64,000 nucleotides of DNA from Octopus bimaculoides (GCF_001194135.2 NC_068990.1:10363576-10427575), one strand, 5' to 3'. Shown: positions 40,028 through 54,419, counted from the stretch's first letter. Program-made: numbers and translations. Notes: a model not told the origin generated them from the sequence alone.

Positions 40028-41720
40028 GAACATATGTCTGTATGTATATATGTATCTAAGTATGTATCCGTCCTCAATATTGGTAAACTTACGAATCATT
40101 AAAACTAAGTAACATGTAATGCACAATAAAATAATTATGCAGATACATATACGATTAGGAACGATTCGATAGCTTTACTGTTAAAATGATTATACTTGCT
40201 TTATCTTCTAGTATCGTAGTAATTTACAGAATTTTAAGCAGTTTAATACATTATATATTGTTGTCATTCTTCTTTATATGAATCAAAGCTGCGATTCTTT
40301 ATTCCAGCGACAATTAGAATACAGCACATAAATTGAAATGTTTTACTCGGAGCTACGTATAAGCTAGAAAACCACACATAATTGCTATATTATATATTTA
40401 AAAGTATTTGCTGTATATCTTTAAAGGTTTTTCTTTCTGTTTTGATTTGATGGGCTTTGTTCTGATTGCTGGGTTAATTCTATATATTGTATCTGTTGTT
40501 ATTTTGCCAATCAACTCATTTGTCTTGTATTTGAGAGTTGGATCATGACCAATAGGCCTTCATTTCATCTCTTGAGGTAATATATATACAAATTATGTTC
40601 AGTGAAACCCGTCAACAAATTATAGCAAATGGTAGTTTTCAATAGCAATATCGATTTCTTACGGAGACTAAAGTAACAAATAAATCAATTATAAAATCTA
40701 CAATTAGAATCTGTTATTATTCGAAGAATAATATATAAAATATATTTAACCGGAAACCATTTAGATTAAACTAACATAAATATGTTGCTATCAGTCTAAC
40801 ACATACCGAAACGCTCACAAACACAATATAGACTAGTTTGTAAAAACAGTTGAAATAATACTCAATCAGATGAAGTAAATCATAAATATTTCTTCCTAAT
40901 TTAGCCGTAAGAACATCATGAGACTTAAGGGCACATTCTTTGTATACAGTTATTATTAATAAAAGTTTTATATCAGAACGATTTTTATATAGTAGAAAAC
41001 ATGATTGTTTAACAGTTTTATTTCAATGAAGATGAGTGAAATGTGAGAAAGTAATACATTCACAATCATGCCATTAGGCCACATTCAAGCACGAAAAATA
41101 CAATGATCAAAAATACAATATAATCATAAGGACTAGATATAACGATATCCCTACACAGACACACACAAATACACACACACACACACACACACACATACAC
41201 ACATACACACATAGATACTGAGAGAACCATTGGCAGGTCAGCTTATAAGATATATAGTACTGACATACGAAAATTACTATATTGTAAGAGAGTTACGTGT
41301 TTTTTCTAAACATAGTTTCAATCCTTCTCGGATTGCATTTTGTATATTGGTACACACTTATTTAAAACCCGATATTTATATGCCAACGTTGAATTTGCGT
41401 GAGACTTTGTATACACACTATCAACAAACGTTAAACCTTAAGTTGGCACAATTTGGTGAACTGTAGTGTTTTATCGTAGACTTAATATTTATAAGTACAT
41501 TTCCCCATCCAATAGGAGAATATTTCGATCTCTCCAAATATTTTGCATCATATTTTACATTATTTAAAAGCTAAAACATAACGACTTCTTTCGTTATTTA
41601 TATTGCCTTCACTACATCAGTAATGAGAGGGGATCATAGGCAGCAGATAAAAAACAAGAACATTGTGATGTGGTTTCAATATATTGACGGAAATATTCGC
41701 GCCTTGAGCGAATCTGTGAT

Positions 41721-41887
41721 TTAGGGTGTTTGATGCACTGCAGCAATATCCAACAAAGCATTGCATGATTCCAGGGAAGAACGCTTACTAGTCAGCGTCC
41801 GCGAAGGAATCTCATTGTAACTTGCCAGAAAAGTGACTTTGAGCAATGACCCAATTCCTTCTGCGCTGCCTTCATTTGTTCTCATAT
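41721..41887 (-). CDS. Candidate coding exon of an unidentified gene (unverified)
   Basis: Strong acceptor ttaagtttttttcag. Only one frame is open: (D)MRTNEGSAEGIGSLLKVTFLASYNEIPSRTLTSKRSSLESCNALLDIAAVHQTP*. An alternative donor GTAAGC would end a 99-nt symmetric exon at 41789. No homology recognised. Confidence 0.3.
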
Positions 41888-42249
41888 CTGAAAAAAACTT
41901 AACAAAATTTTAAAAAGCACAAAGAAGATTACAATAATAACGTCGGAATATTTTGAAGTATTGTGGTATACATAATGAAAATACTTTCCGATCATCCAAC
42001 TGAGATTTCTGTTCGGTTAGTTATCTCGATAATTTTCTGAGACTGGAGAAAATATGAATATTTTTCTGGCGTTGGATATTCAAGAACATGTAGAGACTAA
42101 CGTGAATAAACTTTATGCGAAGCTGATTCCACATCAAATTCGATGTAATTCAAAACGGCAAGAAATCATTAAAATACTGTATTTCTAAACCAATACTCTA
42201 AGGTGTAACTAAGTTGAGTTCTTTCCTCATAATTTACACAGTAAAATAG

Positions 42250-42259
42250 TCTTGCATAT

Positions 42260-42350
<91 letters not shown>
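42250..42350. repeat. (CA)n(TA)n microsatellite
   Basis: Directly visible. Confidence 0.95.
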
Positions 42351-42353
<3 letters not shown>

Positions 42354-42590
42354 TGGCACTCCGTCGGTGATGATGATGATGGGGGTTCAGGTTGATCCGA
42401 TCAACGGAAAAGGCTGCTCATGAAATTAACGTGTAAGTGGCTGAGCACTCCACAGACACGTGTACGCTTAACGTATTTCACGGGGAGATTCAGCGTGACA
42501 CAGATTGTGACATTTTGAAATACAGGTACAAGAGAAACAGGAAGAAATAGTAAGAAAATGTTGTGGTGAAAGAGTAAAGCATGGTTCGCC
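42351..42590 (+). mobile_element. SINE family C, 3' portion
   Basis: gtggcactccgtc...gttgatccgatcaacggaa...gtggctgagcactccacagacacgtgtac matches an octopus SINE as I recall it; head not found upstream of the microsatellite. Confidence 0.65.
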
Positions 42591-45500
42591 ATGCAATACC
42601 TGGCCGTCCTGTACAGCTAATATTTCGGAAAATTTGCTGTAATTACTTTCAATTGTGTTAAAACGTCTAAGTTATTGAATCAAGAATTCCTAGATATTGC
42701 GAAGTTTTGGAATATCGTAGACGAATTTGCTGTAATTATGGGTTTCCTAATCAGGACAGAAACCGAAAGAAACGAAACTAAATAAAATACATAGTTTGCC
42801 TTTTAATTATTATTTTGTTTTGTTAATAGGGAATTATAATTACTATTTCAAGAGACGTTCGTTTCCAGAAGCAACGGTGCTTCTGCTGTTGTAAATGAAG
42901 AATATAATAACTTTCGAAAACCACTGGTTTATAGCCTCTGTAAAATATTACTCCATTCAAATTGTATGTAATCAGTACAATTTTACATTGTACTCCAAAC
43001 AAATCCTGTGCACAAGAAAACCAAGAACGTATGTTTAATTTCATAATAAATTGAATGCGTTTAAAGAAAGACCTACGAACTTCTCATCATAATTATATTG
43101 CTAAGAAAGAAAACAAACCTTTAATCCAAGGCTTCTAAAACAGAGGAAGGAACAAGTCATTTGGCGACTCACAAAATAATGGCATTTGGAGCACGAGTGT
43201 GAAAATAACTTTCAGGTCGATACCAGAATAATAGACAAGGAATAATTCTAATTCCTTACTATCGAAAGTTCCACGATCACTTTAATACTTTAAAAAGAAA
43301 TTGCGAAATCAGGAAACATACATCAGAGAATACTGAAGGGAGACTACAATTTCATCAGGGAAACTTGATCATCAAGAACAAACTAGCTGAATAAACAGAA
43401 ACTAATATTGCAATATCAAAGACGTTTAGTTGCATTATCCTCTGCACAACACATTTAGATCTTTCTAGTGTCTATCAGACTATTGTGCACACTATTACTA
43501 CAGCTGAATAAATGAAGCAGTGTGCATTATATCGGAATGTAATACACAGTGGTAAATTTGGAGAGGACGAAATTAATACCGGTACATATTTGCTGCATAT
43601 ATTATCAACACTGGTAATTGAATAACAAAAAGCAGAATTTGATTTCAAAAGGTAAAAATAATTTATCCTATAGCGGAAGTCATTTTGTGATATTGTGAAT
43701 CCCTCGCCAGGGAATCTGTAATATATCACTACCGTTTATATCTGTCCTTGAGTTATTAGAGTAATAGACTGCCTAGGAATATATTCATTGGAACACTACA
43801 AAAAATAATACAATTTTAGATATTTTTCTGTTACTCTCTTGCCTTATATATCTCTGCAACCTTAAAAATTTTCGTAATGTAATTATTAAGTATAATATTG
43901 TATAAACAATTTTCACGGATCGAATGGCAAGTGGCTGTTACAATACATTAACAGCTAATACGAGCTTTAATTTTCAACAAATGTCTGTTTAGAAATATTA
44001 TATATTTCTATATTTGCAAAGTTTATTTATTTATTGGTCGCTATTTGACAGTTTACAGTAATTTATATGATTTAACAGTCCATATGGGAACATTTGCCAT
44101 ACCCCACCGCAAAAAAAAAAGAAATTGTGTATTAGGAATAATATTTATGGCTTCATTTTTCATATGCAAGTAGATGATAAGTTTTAATGGTGGACGGAAA
44201 AAGCTCAAATAAACAAACAAAAAATTACAGTAAAGAAACATACAATAGTGCTAGAAAAAAACAACCCCATATCGTTTTTTATACAATAAATGATGGTTTG
44301 AAATAATTAAACAAATAATGCTATATGTCACTTATTAACAACCTCAATACGACTTGTATACAATGACAGGAAGGGACATACGTTGGCAGACATAATAAAA
44401 TTCTTAACAGTCTTTAATTTCATGCTGTAACGAAAATGTCATTTTCCTATTTAGGTGTATATGTGTGTATGTGTGTAATACGTCTACATAAGCATCTAGG
44501 AATAAATATTTATGTATATATGCGTAAGTATAGCTGTATATACATATGTATGAATATATATGTATATGTGCTTAATATACGTATATACATACATACACAT
44601 ACACACACATATATATATTATGTAAGTGTGTTTGAGTGTGTGTGTATTTGTGCGTTTGAGTCTGTAAGTGTGCGTGCGAATATATAGTAATTGTTGTGTA
44701 ATAGAATCATCGTTTAATGGTTTCCTGCTGCTTAATCATGAGTAGTTTAGTGAATTTCGGTCGTTGACTGTGGAGAATATGTGTGTGATATATATAGGCA
44801 AAATACATATATCACAAGAGTTGATTGTGAATCAACATATTGGTGGTGAATCTTCATATACATAAATGCGTGTGAGAATGCTTGTGTGAGTTTGTGTTTA
44901 CATACGTATAAGCCAATGTTGCCTGTTCGGAAGCGAGAACGCCATGCGCCATTAAAGGCATTAAATTATAGTCAAAGGAGTTCCAAAATAAAAAAAAATA
45001 AAAGCAAAAGAAAACGCTTCTGTTGCGAAATTACCGTCAACACGTGACCTCTCCACAATGAAAATACAATCAATAATTCGATAGAATTAAATTTCGTGCA
45101 AAACATTGTTACACTGCATATATTTGTGACTTCGCACGGTGTGTGTGTGTGTGTGTGTGTGCATGTCTTTGCGTCTGTGAGTGTGTTTGTATATTTGTGT
45201 TTGCGGATGCGTATGTGTGTATCTGTGTGCGTGCGTGTGTGTGTGTGTGCAAGTGCTGTCGGAGGATTTTGCTTTTAAAAATATATATAACAGCAAAATC
45301 TAAATTCTTCCAAATCCGACTAATATGTGTGTGAGATGCTTCAATTCAGTGCTGGTAGAAAAAATAATTCTAATTTATAGAATAATTTTGTGGTAATTAC
45401 CAGATACCACTTACAGTGTGTTTACTTTTAAAGCAGTGGTATGACATGAATAGATATTCCTTGAAATTATTCATTCCCCTCCAATGTCACACAATATGCT

Positions 45501-45901
45501 TTCATTTTATGACCAGTTGAATATTGTATGAAGTTAAAACATCTCCCTTCTCTCTTGATGTAAACGCACTCCAAAATGATTTTTATGTCTTTATTTTTGA
45601 TTTTATACCTTATGGATTACATTATCAGTGCTATATATAGTGGCAGTGTATGCGTTTAATCACTACATACTCTCATTATTAGGTCTTATGGTTGCTTCTC
45701 TTTTCTTATATGTTAATATATTTTTCGACATTACTTCATGCACTCGATTTGATTTCGCTACCAGCTTACTTCCTTGCTTTACGGTTTAAGAGCGTGTTCA
45801 GCACAATGATACAGCAATGATGTTGAAAGCTAAGTTTAGACTTGAGGCATTTGATAACGGTTCTAAGAGAAATAAACTGATCGTTAATACTTCCGTTAAT
45901 T

Positions 45902-47182
45902 TATTGGGTTGGCAACTAAGTTCCCGTCTTTTTTTTTAATTCAATTTATTTTTATACGGTTTAATAAAAACAAACAACTGATTAATCAATAATGTATTCA
46001 CCTTTGTTGTTTACAACTTCCCAACATTCAACGAGATTTTCAATACTTCGTTGGTAGAAATATCCCGATTTCGACTTGAAAAATTGATCCAGCCAAGCTC
46101 TCAATTTAGTATCAGTATAGCATTTGAAAGAGATGGAAAGAGGTGGAAATCCGTTGCTGCCAAATGAGGAGAGTACGGTGGGTGTGGCAGCACTTCCTAG
46201 ATGCGTTTGCATGGCTTCTTTGATCATATTGGCGATATGAGGGCGGACGTTGTCGTGCAGCAAAAGAACTCGATGCTGCCGATTAGGTCTTTTCTCTTGA
46301 ATAGCCGCGTCGAGTCGTTCGATCAGTTGAACATAAAGTTCCACGTTGACCGTTTAGTTCTATTCAAGCAATTCGTAAAGGATAATCCTTTCCAACTCCT
46401 ACCATACGCACAACATCATTTTACGCAAATTAAGATCTTGTTTCACGCGCGGTGTCGCTTGTTTACCGGAGCTAAGCCATTCCTTACGCTGCTTCATATT
46501 GAAGTACAGGCACCATTTTTATCGCCAGTAACGAATTGGTAAAGAAATCGTTGCTTGTGTCCATGAGTTGATCGGTAACGTGCAAGGAAACCAGTGGAGA
46601 TTGTGACTCGTTGATTTTTGTTGTTGTCATTTAAAGCATGCGTAACCCATGCTCCATACTTCTGAACCTTTCCCATCGAGTGAAGATTCTTCTCTATAGC
46701 AGTGTGGGAGCATTCCATTTTCTCCGCCAGTTCTCTTGTCGTTTGACGAGTATTTTCGTGCAAAAGTTGGTTTAATCGCTCTTCATCGAACTCAACTAGA
46801 CGGTCAGAACGAGGTGCGTCTTGGAGGCCAAAATTTCCATTTTTGAATTTAGCATACCATTAACGTGCAGTTCTTTCAGCTCTGGCACCCTCTCCATACA
46901 CAGCTCAAATGTCGCGAGCAGCTTATACGGCCGTACAACCTTCATTAAAAGCAAAATGAAGGAGGTGTCAAAAATGCTCATTTTTCTTAACTTGACATTC
47001 CATTTTAATGATCTGAAACTAAACAAAAATTTACTAAAGTTAACTAGAAAAAAAAAAATCAAAATGGATTCTAAAATGATTGAAAAATAAAATTCTTGAA
47101 CAAAATAGATTCCAAAATTTAAAAATGAAATAAAAACCAAAATAAAAAAAAAAACAGTGGGAATTTAGTTGCCAACCCAATA
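45902..47182 (-). mobile_element. Full-length mariner transposon (mellifera-like) with TIRs and TA target duplication
   Basis: Left TIR TTGGGTTGGCAACTAAGTTCCC (45904-45925). Right TIR at 47159-47180 has one mismatch. TA on both sides; 1277 bp between them. Confidence 0.96.
45982..47003 (-). pseudogene. Inactivated mariner DD34D transposase
   Basis: MECQVKKNEHF*HLLHFAFNEG..., RQTTRELAEKMECSHTAIEKNLHSMGKVQKYGAWVTHAL, FVTGD, LLHDNVRPH, PYSPHLAATDFHLF, GEYIID*. Several stops and frameshifts. Confidence 0.93.
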
Positions 47183-48789
47183 TACAGAACTGAAGTAAGA
47201 ATTGAACTAGTGTGTTTAATTTAATGCTTTCCTAACGTATTTTCTATATCAATATTTGNNNNNNNNNNNNNNNNNNNNNNNNNNNNNNNNNNNNNNNNNN
47301 NNNNNNNNNNNNNNNNNNNNNNNNNNNNNNNNNNNNNNNNNNNNNNNNNNNNNNNNNNNNNNNNNNNNNNNNNNNNNNNNNNNNNNNNNNNNNNNNNNNN
47401 NNNNNNNNNNNNNNNNNNNNNNNNNNNNNNNNNNNNNNNNNNNNNNNNNNNNNNNNNNNNNNNNNNNNNNNNNNNNNNNNNNNNNNNNNNNNNNNNNNNN
47501 NNNNNNNNNNNNNNNNNNNNNNNNNNNNNNNNNNNNNNNNNNNNNNNNNNNNNNNNNNNNNNNNNNATATATATATATATATACAAGTGCACACACACCA
47601 TATATATACATACACATACACGCACACAGATATGTATATAAATATATCTATATGTATATTTATGCATATATGATTAGACACACACAGACACACACAAACA
47701 CATGCATACACACATTCACACATAAAAGGTAAGATAATGATGGGCATATGACGCCTATTGAATGTAAAATACATTTTCATAGTTGTTACTTCGTCTCGAT
47801 AAGAAACATTCAGCATTTTTCAGAAATCGCTTGATATTTCATACAAATTCTTTATTCACTGAGAAAAAAAAAAAAACTTTTATCAGTCACATTTGGTAGC
47901 ACTTGCAGCGGTGTGTCTATTTTCCTTTATTCGATGCCATGATAAATTTAGTATATCAAGTATTTATCCAACATGTTGTTTCGCATATCTTCCTAGGTTT
48001 TCCTTTCCTAGTTCCTGCTTTGAGACTGGCAACATTGATTTATTTCATTTATTTATTACCGTAGCATATATTCTTGAACCTCAACATTTTCCATGCATGT
48101 ATACATACGTGTAAGTAGTGGTTATGTTAGAAAATGTTATGGGCAACGATGATAAACATAGTAACTACAATATGACGACAAAGAATCGTCACACAACTCA
48201 CAAAGTAAACATGTCAGTCTAATTCATTTCTTAAGTTTACATATGACTGACGTAACTCAACGGAAGTTATATAGATATAGAGAATAATTCTTTACATGTA
48301 AGACAATTGACACACTCCATCACTAAAGTAAACACCAATGACGAAGAGATGACGTAATTCATCACCAAGGCAAACATTAATTCATGGAAGAAGGGATGAT
48401 TTGCATTTTTATTTTGCTTATTTCACTTCCTGTCACAGTAATATATTATATGAGTTTTAAAATTTACCTTTTACTACGCACTTTTGATTCGTCACTCTCT
48501 CTACCACTTTAGCAAACGTTATTAACCATGTAATTCTCCTTTCACTTATCTCTTTCTCTTCACCTCTCACTTACACTAATCACGTGAGTGACAAGCATCC
48601 TTTGCCTATCTGCTCTTTCACTCACTGTCACATTCCTTCTTTCTGTTAATCATTTTAACTTTTCCACCTCTGTAACAAAAACTAAAGTGTTAAATTTTGA
48701 ACGAACAAATAGAAGAATATTATTAGAGATTTACATACTTCATACTAACAGCACACTACATAAGTATGATGATGATGATGGCACGAGGC

Positions 48790-48950
48790 CGGGAATTTTA
48801 GGGCCCGAGTGCTATTTATAACAAGGATCCTAGTGCTTTCCTGGTATTATTTAACCCATCCTGAGATAATCAAATCCAAAATTCGCCTCGGTTGCATTTG
48901 AACGTGGATCATTAAGACCCGGAAATATTGTCCCAAAGCACAACACCTAC
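48790..48950 (-). mobile_element. Highly diverged SINE (family A-like)
   Basis: ctggtattatttaacccatcc...aaaattcgcctcggttgcatttgaacgtgg. Confidence 0.5.
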
Positions 48951-48989
48951 CGAAAATATGATGCACCCACAAACAGTTAAGAAGTTACA

Positions 48990-49905
48990 TGAAGACGAAA
49001 GAGAAAACAACTAGAAAATGAAACCACTGCACGGGCATACCTCAGAGAAATCGAAGAAAAATACAAGATCAACACATGGAAATAGCTAAGGAAAAGTGAT
49101 CTGAGAGGATGCACTGAGGCATTAATATGCAGCGCCCAGGGACAAAATCTGAGAAAAAATAACACTAAGTCCCAAATAGATAAGAGTCGAGAATCGCCCC
49201 TTTCTAGGATGTGTGGCAGCAGAAACGAAACAATCTCACCTATTCTGAGTGAGTGTAGCAAGATTTGCCCCAAAGCACTACAACACGAGGCACAATAACG
49301 TGGTTAAGTTCATCCTCTGGGGGCTATGTGAAAAGTACGGCCTGAACATTGCACGGAAATGATACGAACATGAACCAGAGAGAATCACCGAGAATAAGGA
49401 ATATAAAATACTGTGGGATTTTACAATACAATGCGACTTCCAAATTGATGCTCGGTGACCAGATATCGTTATGGTAGATTAGGGAGAAAGAAAACAAAGA
49501 TGATAGATATTGCAATACCTGGATAAGTAACAAAGCACTAGAAAAGATTGAAATATACAGACTACTGAAAGACGAATTGCAAGGATGTGGACTATGAGGA
49601 GAGTGTCTGTTATTCCAGTAGCCGTAGGGGCATTTGGAGCACTAACAATGAAGGTCGAAAAATATGTCAAGGAAATCGGAATTGACATGAAAGCGGAGCA
49701 AGTCCCAAACTGCGCTGCTGGGGACAGCTAGCATTTTGAGATTGGTGCTTGGATGTTGAATGTCTCCCATAATTAACAACCAAGTATCAATATTTATAAC
49801 GTGCTAAAAGAGACCTAGTGAGAACTCTGAGAGCAGGCTTTTGTCCGCTTTTACAGAATCTGCCAGAGTAAACAAGATCGAGCGTTCTGAGAAGTAAAAT
49901 GATAA
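48990..49905 (+). mobile_element. R4/Dong-like non-LTR retrotransposon 3' part (zinc knuckle + restriction-like endonuclease + 3' UTR)
   Basis: KPLHG, TEALICSAQ, RMCGSRNETISPILSEC..RHNNV (CCHC-type), KILWDFTIQCD, PDIVMVD..IDIAIP (PD-(D/E)xK), VIPVAVGAFG, ALLGTASILR. Frameshifted. Confidence 0.88.
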
Positions 49906-49910
49906 GAATG

Positions 49911-50123
49911 GTTTCAATATTTTTCTGCAAGGGCAGCAAGTTTCGGGAGGGGATGAATCGATCATATCGACTTCGGTGTTCAAATGGTACTTGTTTTATA
50001 GAGCCCAAAATGATGAAAGTCAAACTCAACCTCAGCGGAATTTGAACTCTGGACGTAGCGACGCGCGATATACTGCTAAGCATTTCCTCCAGCATGTTAA
50101 CAATCCTGCCAGCTCGCCGCCTT
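49911..50123 (-). mobile_element. SINE family A, full length
   Basis: Ends ...aacaatcctgccagctcgccgcctt (reverse complement of the head aaggcggcgagctggcag); B-box gttcaaattcc on the minus strand. Confidence 0.9.
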
Positions 50124-51796
50124 AAAAATGAATAAGAAGATTTAGATTGTTTGATTACATTTACACATACATTCAAACAAACATTACTAACACTCAATTT
50201 CATCTGCAAATACAGATAGTTTGAAGGTGATTGCAAACAACTGAAAACGTATAAAATGAAATGAAAAGGGCAATTTGTCCTAGAAATAAATAGCTTGTCA
50301 TATTGCCTAATTAATTTTAGTTTTATGGGCTGTTAGATTTAGACATTGAATATTAAATTTTGAATTGCATTCAAATGTTCGAGCTGTGCATAGGCATTCC
50401 TCAATAGCATATGTTAACCATTGTAAATATCACACTAATTTCCAACCATTCCGATGCATTTCATGCATACCTTTGCTCTTAATCACGAGACATCATTCTA
50501 AAAGATTAAAACAATAAATAGATGAAAGACATCTCAATACTAATCACATTTTAATACCTCAAAAGTAATTTTGGCGTAACACGTGAATCTTCAAGGGCAA
50601 ATATGTGAAAGGAACATAAATTTGAAAAAAAGGTATATGCAACAGTTAAAGCCTAACTCCGCAGTTGCAGTAAAATAAAATTCATAGAGTGGATAACTAT
50701 CTCTGAAACAGTCGGCAGATATTTATTAAATATAAAATGTTAATACGGGAAATTCTAGGACGCTTCTTCGTTCCCAATAAAGGTTTAGAATAAGGGATGG
50801 TCATCTCCTTATTTCACTAATGTTGTTCTAGATATCTAACAGAAAAGATGAACATTCTCTTGAGGTAGCTATTCATGTCACAATTTCCCCTATATCGAAA
50901 TTTTCAGCTATTCATTCGAATAAATGATCGCGCTTGTGCAAATTTTTGAAAGCATGAAATTATACAAAACATTCTATGCTTTAATGTACTTCACAATCCT
51001 TTTATACATCATGAACATTTTGAATCTCGACATTTGAACATGATTCTATAAAAACACATATTCATTAAGATTTTGTAATATTGCTTTGCTTCCAGTATGA
51101 ATGGCCTTTCGTCACGAATTCTATTAATTATATCCTTCGTAATGTTTCAAAGACGAATTTAAAACATTTAGATGTTTGGAATCTTTATTCGTGTCTGTAC
51201 TGGAAGACAGCAGAAAACAGTGCACGCTTTACTGATACGCTCTTCTGACAACATCATTAAAACGGTTGTATAAAACAAAGCCGTAATCACGACAGAAACA
51301 TAATTAAAATATTTTGCTACATAAAAAGCAGAAAAATAACAATTATAATCTGCTTATATGAAATGATTGTTTGGATTGGATGAAGATTGCATGCGTTCCA
51401 GTCTCTTTGTTTGGAATACTTCTATTTAGGTGGATATGGCTATGGATTGGTTCTTTGTAGACAAATCTATGAATATACTTATTTGCACACATTCTATTTT
51501 CAGAATAATTATTGCAATATAACATCTGAATTGTAGTTAATCGTAATTGACATGTCATTTTTGAAACATAAATTCAGTTATTTTGTATTTGAATAAAAAT
51601 AACCACCATTGTAATTATTAATTTCTGTCCAGTTTATAAGTTGTATACTGCGAGAAAATTCACGTTCAGAAATAAATTACATTGTAGTTCTATATATTCA
51701 TTTCTTACATCGCGTGTAACTTTTTCAGGCATTATGTATGGCTTATACGAAAAACTTGTAAAAATTGAAATAATGGGATGTTCCAAGGTACATGTC

Positions 51797-51850
<54 letters not shown>

Positions 51851-52194
51851 CGTAGTGAAATTCTGACTAGAAAACTCACGATATTCGATAACAATGAATA
51901 TATTTGGAAAAAATGATTAGCTTTCTGTATATAGTTGCAAATCTATAATTTAAATAGTGAAATAAAATAGCTATTGTTCCTGATCTTAAGACTCAAATTC
52001 TCCACTATATGTAAACATGCTTTATTTAATTTTTATTTGCTTTTCGAAGCGTCAAATGCTTGTCGTATTGTACAAAGAAGAAACGTGATATTGGGGACGC
52101 ATCATAGCCGTGAAAGCATCACAAAAAATAGGTCTTTTACCTTATAAGATAAAAAAGGATGTCAGCTTTTCATTTGACAGATGTTGTTTCCAGC

Positions 52195-52255
52195 GAGCAC
52201 TTTAGCATGATGGTAGAGTACACAGCCGGTATCTGAAGGGTGTGGGCTCGAGTTA
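52195..52255 (+). other. Degenerate tRNA-like or SINE head
   Basis: A-box-like TAGCATGATGG and B-box-like GGCTCGAGT at tRNA spacing; no intact cloverleaf. Confidence 0.35.
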
Positions 52256-52859
52256 TAAGATTAGTATACCAAGTTTTTCTACTGTTTTAACGATTATACC
52301 ACGTTCGAAATTATAGTTTCTTTTCTGTATTGTATGAAACATTCGAGGCTTCTAAAAACAAACACTAAACTTGCTTTCATATATTGTTGCATCGCCAAAC
52401 GCTATGTTATACATCATTTAATTTGATGGTCATTGTTGTCAGCGGGCAGTTTAGAGTTTTGGCACAATGATTTATTTTAGTGAATATTATATCATTTTAT
52501 ATTCCTGCAGCAGTGTATATGTTATATGTATTACATTATTATTTGAAGATAACTATTTGTATGTGCGTATTGGAGTTGAAGAATCGATGTAACCATGATA
52601 TTCTATGAATTTACGCTTCTGTGTCTGATTTAGATTATACTAAGTATCATGTTACAATGTAATCTATAACTTGTACTATAGTACGGACATGTAAAATAAT
52701 TTATTATAGACTTATAAGCTAAATTATTCTTCCATAATGTAGGCTGCAAGATGATCGAAACATTATGGTCATCAACTAGTGAAATAAATATCTTCATCTC
52801 ATACCATCTGATTTCCTTTAAATTCTCACTCTCACTCACACTCACCGTATGTATATATC

Positions 52860-53025
52860 AATTTTTTTTCTCCGTGATTTTCTCCTTGTCTCCGTATTCT
52901 TTCTGTTGAAGAGCGTAGCTCGAAACGTCAAAGACTTTCCGTATTCCCGAGCGTCATACTAATATATACTTTTGTTATTTACACCACCTGTCCTCGTCTG
53001 TTGTTATTTTTTGTATATTCTCCCA
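52860..53025 (+). mobile_element. Penelope-like element terminal repeat remnant
   Basis: gaagagcgtagctcgaaacgtcaaagact resembles the GAAGA...CGAAACG motif typical of Penelope ends (recalled). Confidence 0.5.
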
Positions 53026-54419
53026 TATATATATATNNNNNNNNNNNNNNNNNNNNNNNNNNNNNNNNNNNNNNNNNNNNNNNNNNNNNNNNNNNNNNNN
53101 NNNNNNNNNNNNNNNNNNNNNNNNNNNNNNNNNNNNNNNNNNNNNNNNNNNNNNNNNNNNNNNNNNNNNNNNNNNNNNNNNNNNNNNNNNNNNNNNNNNN
53201 NNNNNNNNNNNNNNNNNNNNNNNNNNNNNNNNNNNNNNNNNNNNNNNNNNNNNNNNNNNNNNNNNNNNNNNNNNNNNNNNNNNNNNNNNNNNNNNNNNNN
53301 NNNNNNNNNNNNNNNNNNNNNNNNNNNNNNNNNNNNNNNNNNNNNNNNNNNNNNNNNNNNNNNNNNNNNNNNNNNNNNNNNNNNNNNNNNNNNNNNNNNN
53401 NNNNNNNNNNNNNNNNNNNNNNNNNNNNNNNNNNNNNATATATATATATATATATATACATTCATACATACACACAAATATATATAGTGTTTTAAGGAAA
53501 AGATGGTAGAAGCCTTAGACAGCTTTTATGCAAATCTTGACTCCTTTTTTTAACATACACACATGTGTAAAGCGTTCGATATCCACCTTTATTTTCATAA
53601 TTAATTATTTTGAATTTTGAACAAATATGCGAAGACTCTGTCTAAATTGTGTGCGCAGTAAAGGTTGCTTAAATATATATATATAACAAAATAGATTGTT
53701 TTGTTGAGATGAAATATCTTTCATAGGAAACCAATATTATTACGTCGATTCAGAAGGATGAAAACCGAAACGAAACCTTTTGGAATTTTAATTTTACAAG
53801 ATAATAGCAACAAACTAAAAGAAAGTCAAAATTGTAGTCTTGAAATCTTTTGGTGCGCCTATTCAATGAATAAACATACTTCAAATCTGATATGGAGATA
53901 TTGCAGCAATTCCAATGACATTAGTGACGAAATTCATATTCTATGAATGCAGTAATAGCTAGACAGTGCCTCTCCTATATTTTCTACACCTGATTAAACG
54001 ATAATATGTTCCGTAACTGCCACAGGCAAATAAAGAGACACTATGAGTAACAACACATATGACGTCAATCATGCTATTAAGTGATTAATGTTAAAGATGT
54101 ATAGATATATAAAAAATGGATATATAGGCATATATGTGAGAAACAAAATGAAGCATATTAATTTGTGAATGTTATAAAATTAAGTTACAAAATTTACAAA
54201 ACAAACCATCGTAAAAACTGCACGTCTAGTTAACCTTATCGTCTAAGGTGCAGTTTTAGCGAAATTTACATAAAGCATAGGAAGTACACTTACCCATGGC
54301 AGAAAACGACAGAACTCCAAATAATTTATTTTCAAGAGTGCTGCAATTTCTGCCAGCAATGCCAGTCCTGTAGAACAGTATCTTTCTTTTACTTAAAATA
54401 TCTTACCGTCTATTCTTTT

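Noticed and set aside
52195-52255. Possible tRNA gene
   Set aside because: Only degenerate A and B boxes; acceptor and T stems do not pair, so it is kept as a tRNA-like remnant only.
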